From: an uncultured bacterium
GTDB lineage: Bacteria; Acidobacteriota; Aminicenantia; Aminicenantales; Saccharicenantaceae
Direction of reading: 5' to 3'
Length of the DNA: 64,000 nt
NCBI GenBank assembly: GCA_963805015.1
Contig: CAWDSL010000012.1
Span: 1,712 to 65,711, forward strand
The notes under the pieces are model-generated. The model was given only the letters and a program-made list of their open reading frames with translations. It made no database searches and had not been told where the DNA came from. The translations under genes were made by a program, and so were the position numbers. Below are positions 37,871 through 45,707 of the stretch, one piece after another (position 1 is the first letter of the stretch; each line of letters begins with the position of its first letter).

Positions 37871-37910
37871 TTAATGGGGACAAATACTCCGGGCGCAGGT
37901 CCCCGATCTT
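37871..37910. repeat. short GGGGACA/GTCCCC element copy inside coding sequence
   Basis: The sequence ttaatggggacaaatactccgggcgcaggtccccgatctt lies within a locally AT-richer patch that encodes KNKNKIGDLRPEYLSPLK on the minus strand. Confidence 0.55.
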
Positions 37911-39471
37911 GTTCTTATTCTTGGGCTTACCCAGTACGACCACCCCCAGCATCGCCAGCGTCATGAAATAGACCGCGTTGGCCGTGATCTGGAGGTTGAA
38001 GTCGGTGAAGCCGTGGACGAGGAGGGCCGCGACGGCGAGACCGGCGCCCAGGCCGATGCCCTTGGCGAACGAGCTCCGGCGCCGCCGCCACATCGCGCCC
38101 AGCCAGAAGGCCAGCCCGAGGCCGGCGGCGATGATCGCTCCACCGGCGACGACACCGTTCTCGGCCGCGTATTCGAGATAGTCGTTGTGGGCGAAGGACA
38201 GCCGCATCCGGTCGTCGACCTTCTCGTACATCGGATAGGCGTTGACGTAGGTCCCCTTGCCCGTCCCGGCCAGCGGGAAATCGCCGATGAGCTCGAGGGT
38301 GTTCTCGTAGAAGGTCCGGCGGGCGTCGGCCGTGACGTCGACCTCGGAGAACCGGGAGATGACGGGACCGACGCCGAGCCACACCGCCGCGGCCACGACC
38401 ACGGTGGCCACGACGCGGACGATCCGCCCGAAGCGGCGCCGGCCGCCCTGCCCCGCCCCCTCGCCGCGCCCGCTCCCCTCCCCGCCCCGTCCTCGTCCGA
38501 GAACTCCCGCCACGAGGACGCCGCCGCGGCGGCCAACACGGTCGTCAGGACGAGCACCAGGATGCCGGACCTCGACTTGGAGAAGACGAGGCCGAGCGCG
38601 ATGAACACCGGGACGAGCCCGAGGAGAAGCGTCCACTGCAGGCTCTCCTGGCCGAACCAGACGATCTTCCGCCGCAGGGACATGCCCCTTCTCCATGGCG
38701 AAGTAGCGGGCCTTGACCAGCAGGAAGCCCAGGCTCAGGGGGAAGGCCATCTCCAGGAAGCCGGCCAGATGGTTGCGGTTGACGAAGGTGCCCGTGACCG
38801 AGCCCACCCCGTAGCGCTTCGGGCGCCCCAGCAGATGCTCGTGGCCGCTGAAGACCTCCACCATGCCGAACAGGGACTGGAAGAGGGCCGAGGCCAGGAT
38901 GACCACGACCAGGATCTCGACCTGTCGACGGCTGCGGACCGTCCTCAGGACCAGGTAGCCGAAGAGGGCGTAGCAGGAGAGGAGGATGAGCTCCGAGACC
39001 GTCGCGCTCGGCGTGAGCGACAGCGTCAGCCAGGGCGAGGGCGCCGCGATGCCGTCCCGGACGAGGCCCGCGTATATGGCGAAGGCCCGGGGCGAGAGGA
39101 CCTGGACGAACCCGGCCGGAAGGGGGACGATCTGGAGGACGGAGAACGCGGCGAAAGCCCCGATCAAGTACTTTGACGAAGCGAGGCAGCCGACCTGGGA
39201 CGAGACGCCCGCCGTTAGCGCCGTCGCCGTCAAGAGGGCCGCGACCCGGGCTCCAGGCCTCATGTGATGCCCCGCCCGCCCGGTCGGCCCGGTTCTCCAA
39301 GCCTCTGCCGGGGCGCCGCTTGGCGAAGGCCCGCCCGCCGATATGGAGCAGGAAGAGGCCCACGGTCGCGGCCTCGAAGGCGAAGATCGCCCACTCCTCG
39401 ACCGCGCCGATGGGCAGGGGCAGAAAGACCAGGACCGCGCACAGGCCCCAAAAGACGATTTGGTCGATCAC
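37871..39471 (-). CDS. O-antigen ligase / Wzy_C-like polytopic membrane protein, about 3-4 frame breaks
   Basis: The N-terminus is in ORF 38545..39471 (MIDQIVFWGLCAVLVFLPLPIG..). The body is spread over ORFs 37341..39263 and 37961..38683 (..FVNRNHLAGFLEMAFPL.., ..SKSRSGILVL.., ..SFAHNDYLEYAAENGVV..HGFTDFNLQ), which are typical Wzy_C/O-antigen-ligase blocks. Frame switches fall near 39280, 38685, 38460 and 37870. Confidence 0.65.
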
Positions 39472-39526
39472 GCTATTCCCGCTTGGTTATTGTACCCGAT
39501 ATTGACAAGACAGGACCAGAACAAGA

Positions 39527-39624
39527 AAGGACCAGGTCTTCACGCCGAACAGCAAGATAGGACCAGGTCTTCACGCTGAATCGGCGTACAGACAATACGC
39601 GTGAAGACCAGGTCCTATCTTGCT
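39527..39624. repeat. 26-bp-arm near-perfect inverted repeat plus upstream direct half-copy
   Basis: agcaagataggaccaggtcttcacgc (39551..39576), a 22-nt loop, then gcgtgaagaccaggtcctatcttgct (39599..39624), with a single central mismatch. A direct partial copy aggaccaggtcttcacgc lies at 39529..39546. Confidence 0.85.
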
Positions 39625-39638
39625 CGCCATCTCCCCGA

Positions 39639-40166
39639 TCAACGGATCGGGGAGGATTCCTGGCCGGGGACGAGCAGGAAATACAGGCCGACGCCGATCG
39701 CGGCGATCACCAGGACCCGGCCCGCGACGCTGCTGAAGAAGCCCACCTTCTTCAAGGACGCCTCGCCCGACTCCTGGCCCGCCGCGCCGGGCGCGAGGGA
39801 CATCGACAGCTTGCCCAGCTCGCCTTCCTTCACCAGGAGCGTGTAGTCCAGGTTGAAATCGCCCGCCACGGAGGTCACGCCCAGAAGGTAGCGGCCTTCG
39901 GGCACGGCGGCGACGGTATACATCCCGTTGGCGTCCGTCGGCCCCGAGAGGAGCTCCTTCTGGTCGGCGACGTTCCGGAGCTTGACCACCGCCCCCGCGA
40001 CCGGCGTCTTCATGTCCTTGGCGAAGATGAAACCGGAGAGCGTCCCGCTTCCCGGCGCGGCCGCGCCCGCTGCCGCGTACGGCCCCGCGGGGAAGACGAG
40101 CAGCGCGAACGCCGCCAGCACCGCGCAAACCAAGCCCTTGGATCTTCCGATGGATTTGACGCTCAT
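39639..40166 (-). CDS. signal peptide + CarboxypepD_reg-like beta-sandwich + C-terminal TM anchor protein, paralog 1 (tail ESSPIR)
   Basis: ORF 39639..40172; ATG 40166 with GGAAGGGG upstream. Core block AVVKLRNVADQKELLSGPTDANGMYTVAAVPEGRYLLGV. C-terminus FFSSVAGRVLVIAAIGVGLYFLLVPGQESSPIR*. Confidence 0.7.
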   Translation of the reverse strand: MSVKSIGRSKGLVCAVLAAFALLVFPAGPYAAAGAAAPGSGTLSGFIFAKDMKTPVAGAVVKLRNVADQKELLSGPTDANGMYTVAAVPEGRYLLGVTSVAGDFNLDYTLLVKEGELGKLSMSLAPGAAGQESGEASLKKVGFFSSVAGRVLVIAAIGVGLYFLLVPGQESSPIR

Positions 40167-40261
40167 GGGCACGCCCCTTCCGGAGGAACCTCACGGTTCC
40201 CGAAATAGCGCCCCACTTCTCTAGGATATCGATGCCGGCTCTCGGCCGGCCCATCCGCGTG

Positions 40262-40777
40262 TCAGTCGATGATCGGAGAGGTCTCGTTCTCGAGGAGAAC
40301 GATGGCGAACAGGGTGGCCTCGACGACGCTCAACAGGGTCACGATGCCCGCCGGGGACTTGAAGAACTCGCCGATACCCGATTTCTTCTTCTCGGCGAAC
40401 CCCGACTGGACCATGACCGGCGTTTCGCCGGCCTTCATGGCCACGGACAGCTTGGCCAGCGCGTCCGACTTGATCATGATGCTGTAGTGGAAGTTGTAGG
40501 CTCCGTTGGGGGCCTGAACGCCCATGACGTAGCGCCCTTCCTCGATCCCCGGTATCCGGTACAACCCTTCGGGATCGGTCGGCTCGCTCCAGTACTCCTT
40601 GAGCGTCTCCACGTTGCGGAGCTTGACCACGGCGTTGCGGACCGGCGTCCGCATGTCCTCGTTGTAGATGTGCCCGGCCAGCGCCCCGTTGCCCTTGGGC
40701 GCGGCGGCGATCTGCGCCACCGGGAGGGTCATCAGAACGAAGGCCACCGTCAGCAATACCACCAGGATCTTTTTCAT
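40262..40777 (-). CDS. same family, paralog 2 (tail ETSPIID)
   Basis: A 171-aa ORF with GGGGAGG upstream. Core block AVVKLRNVETLKEYWSEPTDPEGLYRIPGIEEGRYVMGV. C-terminus FFKSPAGIVTLLSVVEATLFAIVLLENETSPIID*. Confidence 0.7.
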   Translation of the reverse strand: MKKILVVLLTVAFVLMTLPVAQIAAAPKGNGALAGHIYNEDMRTPVRNAVVKLRNVETLKEYWSEPTDPEGLYRIPGIEEGRYVMGVQAPNGAYNFHYSIMIKSDALAKLSVAMKAGETPVMVQSGFAEKKKSGIGEFFKSPAGIVTLLSVVEATLFAIVLLENETSPIID

Positions 40778-40910
40778 TTAGTGACCTCCCCACCAAACGC
40801 CATATAATAATGGGCTTACGGAGATGGGCTTGTCAAGAAGAATTTTAGCCCCTGGCCCCTTCCCAGGGGAAAATCGCGGAAAAACCGCCTTTTTTCGGAA
40901 AAATCGCCCC

Positions 40911-41462
40911 TTACCTGATGGGCGAAGCTTCTTCTTCCTTCTTCGTCAGCTCGTAGATGCCGAAACCGGCCCCGGCCACGGCGACGACGATGACCAGGAT
41001 GCCCCCGGGCGTCGAGAAAAAGCTCTTCCCGCCGTTCCCCCCGCTGCTGCCCTTGCCCTCGAGCATGCCCCCGGGCAGCATCTCGACGGAGAGCTTGGCG
41101 GTCTCGCCGGCCTTGATGTAGACGCCGTAGTTGAGGTTGAAGTCCCCCGCGGCCGTGGTCACGCCCAGCGTATACCAGCCTTCCTCGATCATCAGGATCT
41201 TATAGTTCCCCTTGGCGTCGGTCGGCTGGCTCGTGTATTCCTTCTGGTTGTTGAGGTTGCGGATCTTGACGAGGGCGTTGGCGACGCGCGCTCTCATCCC
41301 CTCCGAAAAGACCGACCCCTGCAGCGTCCCCTGCCGGGCAAAGGATTGCTGCGGCTCCGCCGGACTTTGCGCGGCTCCGGTGATCGGCGTAACGAGCAGG
41401 AGGAATGAGGCGATCAGGCCGTAAGCCAGAAACCTAGACCTGGATGCGGTTACACTCACCAT
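40911..41462 (-). CDS. same family, paralog 3 (tail EASPIR)
   Basis: ORF 40911..41507; ATG 41462 is preceded by AAGGAG. Core block ALVKIRNLNNQKEYTSQPTDAKGNYKILMIEEGWYTLGV. C-terminus FFSTPGGILVIVVAVAGAGFGIYELTKKEEEASPIR*. Confidence 0.7.
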   Translation of the reverse strand: MVSVTASRSRFLAYGLIASFLLLVTPITGAAQSPAEPQQSFARQGTLQGSVFSEGMRARVANALVKIRNLNNQKEYTSQPTDAKGNYKILMIEEGWYTLGVTTAAGDFNLNYGVYIKAGETAKLSVEMLPGGMLEGKGSSGGNGGKSFFSTPGGILVIVVAVAGAGFGIYELTKKEEEASPIR

Positions 41463-41515
41463 TGGGGACTCCTTGACCTCATTATACAACATATATTGGT
41501 CGGTCAAGCATTATT

Positions 41516-42364
41516 TTAATTGATTTTTAGGATCGTCGTCGGCCCCGAACCGGGTCTCCGCCCGCCCTTCGCCGGGCGCTTCGGCATCCCCAGGAGACGC
41601 TGGGTCCAGGTCTTTTGCCGCAGGGGATTCTCGGGCTCCCCCCAGTCGGGCAGGGCCTTGTTGTCGAGGATGGCCCGGGGGATCTCGGTGACCATGGCCC
41701 GGGCCTTGCTCTCCCCGACGATCTTGGCCGCGGCCTCGACGGCCCGGCTGAGGCCCGGCGGCCGGCCCATCGTCCCGTGGGCGTCGCTGGCGATGACGTG
41801 GACGAGGTTGTGCGACATGAACAGCCCGGCCGTCGACCGGACCTCTCTGCCCAGCTCTCCCGTCAGGCTGGCCGCGGTCACCTGGGCCGCGCAGCCCATC
41901 GAGACGAATTCGTACAGAAGCTCGGGCCTGGCCGCGAATCCCCTGTTCCGCTCCGGGTGGCTGATGACGGGCACGAAGCCCTTGCTCATGAGCTGGGCCA
42001 GCATGTTGGCCGCGCCGACCGGCACGCCCTCCGAGGCGAACTCGAGGAAGACGTAGCTCGTCTGGTCGACCGTGAAGCGGTACTTCTCGACGGCCCGGAC
42101 GACCTCCGCGTGGACGAAGACCTCGGCGCCGTAGTGGAACTCGAGGCCGATCTCCGCCTCGCGCATCTCGCGGCCGAAATCGACCATCCGCTGCCTCAGG
42201 ATCCCCAGGTCGTCCTGGTGGCGGGTCATCCGGAAGACGTGGGGCGTCAGGCAGATGGCCTTGGTCCCGTCCTTCTCGGCCAGGCGGCACATGGCCCGGG
42301 CCTGGTAGAGGTCGTCGGGCCCGTCGTCCCAGTCCCACAGCAGGTGCGTGTGCAGGTCTATCAT
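41516..42364 (-). CDS. PHP-family protein-tyrosine phosphatase (CpsB/YwqE-like)
   Basis: An intact 282-aa ORF. It has MIDLHTHLLWDWDDG, ..ICLTPHV.., ..ISHPERN.. and ..IASDAHG.., the metal-binding His/Asp pattern of CpsB-type phosphatases. Confidence 0.8.
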   Translation of the reverse strand: MIDLHTHLLWDWDDGPDDLYQARAMCRLAEKDGTKAICLTPHVFRMTRHQDDLGILRQRMVDFGREMREAEIGLEFHYGAEVFVHAEVVRAVEKYRFTVDQTSYVFLEFASEGVPVGAANMLAQLMSKGFVPVISHPERNRGFAARPELLYEFVSMGCAAQVTAASLTGELGREVRSTAGLFMSHNLVHVIASDAHGTMGRPPGLSRAVEAAAKIVGESKARAMVTEIPRAILDNKALPDWGEPENPLRQKTWTQRLLGMPKRPAKGGRRPGSGPTTILKIN

Positions 42365-42367
42365 CGG

Positions 42368-44662
42368 CTAGGACTTATGGTACCCGTGGTAATAGTCTTT
42401 GTAATAATACGCCCCGTGCCGCGGCACGCTGACGTTGTTGATGATGACGCCGATCGTCCGGACCTTGAGCAGGTCCAGCTTCTCGCGGGCCTTCTTCAGC
42501 GCCTCGCGCGAGGTCGTGTCGCCGTGGACGACGAGCACCAGGCCGTCGACCTTGGCCCCCAGCACCAGCGCGTCGCTGATCTCGAGCATGGGCGGCAGGT
42601 CGAACAGGACGTGGTCGCACTCCTCGCTCATCATCCGGATGAAGCGGGTCATCTTGTCCGAGCCCAGGAGCTCGGCCGGGTTGGGCGGCACGGGCCCGGC
42701 GTTGATCAGGAATAGGTTGGGGATCACCGTCGACTTGACGACCGTCTTGAGCTCGATCGAGTCGGTCAGGTAGGTGGTCAGCCCGAAGGTGTTCTTGACC
42801 TTGAACAGCCGGTGCTGGCGGGGCCGCCTCAGGTCGGCGTCGACGATGAGCACGGTCTTCCCGGACTGGGCCAGGGTGATGGCCAGGTTGGCCACCGTCA
42901 CCGTCTTCCCCTCCCCGGGCAGGGCCGAGGTCACGGCCACGGTCTTGACGGGGCTATCGGCCGAGGACAGCAGGAGCGCCGTGCGCAGGGACCGGTAGCT
43001 CTCGGCCAGCCGCGAGTTCGGGAAGTAGTGCGGCACGAGCTCGATGCTGCCCGGGCGCTCGGCCGGCTCGATCTCCGCGACGAAGGGCGCGGCCGCGACG
43101 GCCGGCGCCGCTTGGTCCGTTCCCGCCGCACCCGCCGTATCCGCCCCGGTCGACGTCCCCGCCTCGAGGCGGGCCGGCTCCTTGCCGCTCTTGAGCCTCC
43201 GCCCGTAGCTATAGTTCTTGTCGGCGCCCGCCAGGCTGAACTTGGGCACGACGCCCAGGGTCGGCAGCCCCGCGTAGCGCTCGACGTCCTCGCTCGTCTT
43301 GACGCTGTTGTCGAGGAAGTCGAACAGGAACGCCAGCCCCACTCCCCCGCCGAGACCGAGCAGGAGCGCCAGGATGAGGTTCCTCTTCTTGTTCGGGCTC
43401 GAGGGCCGCACCGGCACCCGGGCCCGGTCGACGACCCGGATATTGGACGTTCTCAAGCCCTTGAGCCGGGCCTCGACCCCCGTCTCGCTCTCGCGCCGCA
43501 GCAGCGAGTCGAGCAGGGTCTTCTTGTTCTGGATCTCGACCTTGAGCCCGTTATACAGCACGGCGCTCGAGTTCATCTTGAAGGCCGCGGTCTTCTGCTC
43601 GTTGAACTCGGACTCGAGCGACCGTTCCCGGTTGAGGGCCGTCTGGAATTCCGAGTAGGCCCCCTTGACCAGGTTCTGGGTCTCGTCGTCGAGCGACTTG
43701 CGGGCCGACTCCATCTCCACCTTCATCCGCTGCAGCTCGGGGTAATCGGGCTGGAAGCGCTCCTCCATCTTCTGGGTCTCGCGCTTGAGCCGGACGTAAT
43801 CCTCGCGCAGCCGCTGGATGAGCGGATTGTTGATGGCCTCGGGCACGTAATCCGCGCTGACGTTCTTGAGGCCGTTCCAGGTGGCCTGCTTCTGCGAGCG
43901 CTCGATCTGGGCCTCGGTCAGGGCCTTGTTGAGCTGGCTCAGGCGGTCGATGACCGTGGTCTCGTTGTCGCTCAGGGCGACGATGTTGGCCTCGGCCTCG
44001 AAGCCCTGGAGCTGGTTCTCCTTCTGCTCGATCTCGGTCTGCAGCCCCTTGATCTGCTCCGAGAGGAAGGTGGTCGCCTGCTCGGTCGCGGCGTACTTCA
44101 TGTTGATGTTGAGGTCGATGAAGGCGGCCGCGAGATCGTTGACGCAGTCGGCGGCCAGCTTGGGGTCCCGGGCCTCGAAGGCGACGTCGACGAGCCGGGT
44201 CAGCCGCACGGGCCTGACCGAGAGCCGCCCCAGGAAGCCGTCGATGAGCCCCTCGCGGAAGACGTGGTCGGTCGGGTCGACGGGCTTCGTCCGTTTCTCC
44301 GGCCGGCCCACGAACTCGGGGTTCTCATAGAGCTTGAGCCTCTCGATGACCGTGTCGGCCAGGCCCCGCCCGCTCAGCAGCCGGTACTGGGTCTGGTAGA
44401 AATCGTCCCGCATCGACTCGATCTGCAGGACCTGCTCGAACGACAGGATATTGGGCTCCTTCTCGATGAGGAGCTGGGATTTGGCGGTGTAGACGGGCTT
44501 CTGGATGAAGGTCCAGAACGCCCCGAGGATGAAAACGCCCAGGGTCACCGCGATGACGGTGCTCTTGCGGCGCAGGAGCCTGTCCCAGTAATCGCGAAGG
44601 TCGATCTGCTGAGGCTCCGCGACCTCGTAATCCGCCAGCTGTATCTCGTTCTGATTCTTCAT
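42368..44662 (-). CDS. wzc: polysaccharide co-polymerase / BY-kinase (Wzc/GumC-like)
   Basis: ORF 42368..44719. Start taken at ATG 44662 (MKNQNEIQL). Has a Wzz-type N-terminal TM, a long coiled periplasmic domain and a second TM. Walker A is SALPGEGKT, and the C-terminal Tyr cluster is GAYYYKDYYHGY. Confidence 0.85.
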   Translation of the reverse strand: MKNQNEIQLADYEVAEPQQIDLRDYWDRLLRRKSTVIAVTLGVFILGAFWTFIQKPVYTAKSQLLIEKEPNILSFEQVLQIESMRDDFYQTQYRLLSGRGLADTVIERLKLYENPEFVGRPEKRTKPVDPTDHVFREGLIDGFLGRLSVRPVRLTRLVDVAFEARDPKLAADCVNDLAAAFIDLNINMKYAATEQATTFLSEQIKGLQTEIEQKENQLQGFEAEANIVALSDNETTVIDRLSQLNKALTEAQIERSQKQATWNGLKNVSADYVPEAINNPLIQRLREDYVRLKRETQKMEERFQPDYPELQRMKVEMESARKSLDDETQNLVKGAYSEFQTALNRERSLESEFNEQKTAAFKMNSSAVLYNGLKVEIQNKKTLLDSLLRRESETGVEARLKGLRTSNIRVVDRARVPVRPSSPNKKRNLILALLLGLGGGVGLAFLFDFLDNSVKTSEDVERYAGLPTLGVVPKFSLAGADKNYSYGRRLKSGKEPARLEAGTSTGADTAGAAGTDQAAPAVAAAPFVAEIEPAERPGSIELVPHYFPNSRLAESYRSLRTALLLSSADSPVKTVAVTSALPGEGKTVTVANLAITLAQSGKTVLIVDADLRRPRQHRLFKVKNTFGLTTYLTDSIELKTVVKSTVIPNLFLINAGPVPPNPAELLGSDKMTRFIRMMSEECDHVLFDLPPMLEISDALVLGAKVDGLVLVVHGDTTSREALKKAREKLDLLKVRTIGVIINNVSVPRHGAYYYKDYYHGYHKS

Positions 44663-44672
44663 CTTATTCCCT

Positions 44673-44691
44673 GGGGACATGCAATGTCCCC
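44673..44691. repeat. perfect palindrome GGGGACAT-gca-ATGTCCCC between wza and wzc
   Basis: 8-bp arms and a 3-nt loop, with the same core as the interspersed family. It lies in the 50-nt gap between the wza stop (44713) and the wzc ATG (44662). Confidence 0.8.
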
Positions 44692-44712
44692 CATCTTCTC
44701 TTCTCTTTCTCT

Positions 44713-45602
44713 TTACCAAAAACTCTCCGGCACATACACCACATCGCCCTCTTGCAGCACGATGTCCTTCTTCCGGCCCTTGATGATGTCCTTCAGGTTG
44801 ACCTTGATCTTCTGCTCTTTGCCGGCCTTATCCTTCCGGGTGATGGTGATGGCGCTCTCTTTGGCTCCCTCGGCCAGGCCGCCCGCGTCGGCGATGGCCT
44901 GGAAGAGCGTGATCCCCTCGGACAGCTTGGCCTTGACCGCCCCGGGCCTCGTGACCCGGCCCATGACGAACACCCGGATCTCCCGGTCGACCGGCACGTT
45001 GATGACGTCGTTCGGCTCGACGGGGACGTTTAGCGTTTGGTTGCCGTTGACGATCAGGTCCTTGAGGTCGATGGAGAGGGTCGAGGTCTTCCCGTCCGGC
45101 CCCTCGCGCAGGATGAAGACCTCGTTGCCGGCCGTCTCGCTGAAGCCGCCGGCCATGGAGATGATCTGGAGCAGGTTCTTGCGGCCGACGAGCTCGTAGC
45201 TCCCGGCGTTCTCGACCGCCCCGATGACGGCCACCTGCTGGTTCTTGTACTCCTTGATGAAGATCGTCACCTGGGGGTTCTTGACGTACTTGGCCTGGAG
45301 GAGGCCCGTGAGCTTCTGGACGACGCCTTCCTGGGTCAGGCCCTCGACGACGACGCGCCCGAGGAGCGGCAGGGTGATCGACCCGTCCTCGGACACCCGG
45401 ACGACCTGGCTGAGCTCTTCCACCTGGAAGACCTTGAGCTCGAGCAGATCCCCCGGGCCGATCCGGTAGGCCCTGACGAACGCGTCCTTGGCATCCTGCG
45501 GGGTGATCGCCGGCGGGGTCTTGGCCTGGGGCACGGCCTGGGAGCCGCAAGGCCGGCAACCGCCAGCACGGCGGACATGGCGAACAGGGCAATCTTCCTC
45601 AT
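44713..45602 (-). CDS. wza: polysaccharide export protein (Wza-like; Poly_export + SLBB), frame break near 45545
   Basis: The body is in ORF 44713..45705 (PGDLLELKVFQVEELSQ.., SLBB-like repeats). The signal peptide MRKIALFAMSAVLAVAG is in the frame of ORF 45336..45647, starting at ATG 45602 with GGAGAGG upstream. Confidence 0.8.
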
Positions 45603-45634
45603 CGTCCTCTCCAAGTAAATCGGCGAAATCGCTT

Positions 45635-45687
45635 GAAATCGGGACATGTAACAATTCTCCTGAATCGGTACGTGTCCCCTGATTTCG
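45635..45687. repeat. interspersed inverted-repeat element copy (arms abutting)
   Basis: Arms are gaaatcgggacatgtaacaattctcc (45635..45660) and tgaatcggtacgtgtcccctgatttcg (45661..45687). Confidence 0.65.
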
Positions 45688-45707
45688 ACCGGTATCCCAA
45701 TCCAAGG

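Noticed and set aside
39639-41462. PEP-CTERM/exosortase or LPXTG-type sorting signal on the three anchored paralogs.
   Set aside because: No PEP, LPXTG or similar motif precedes the TM helix, and there is no basic tail after it. The conserved motif follows the helix at the extreme C-terminus, and no exosortase or sortase gene is in the window.
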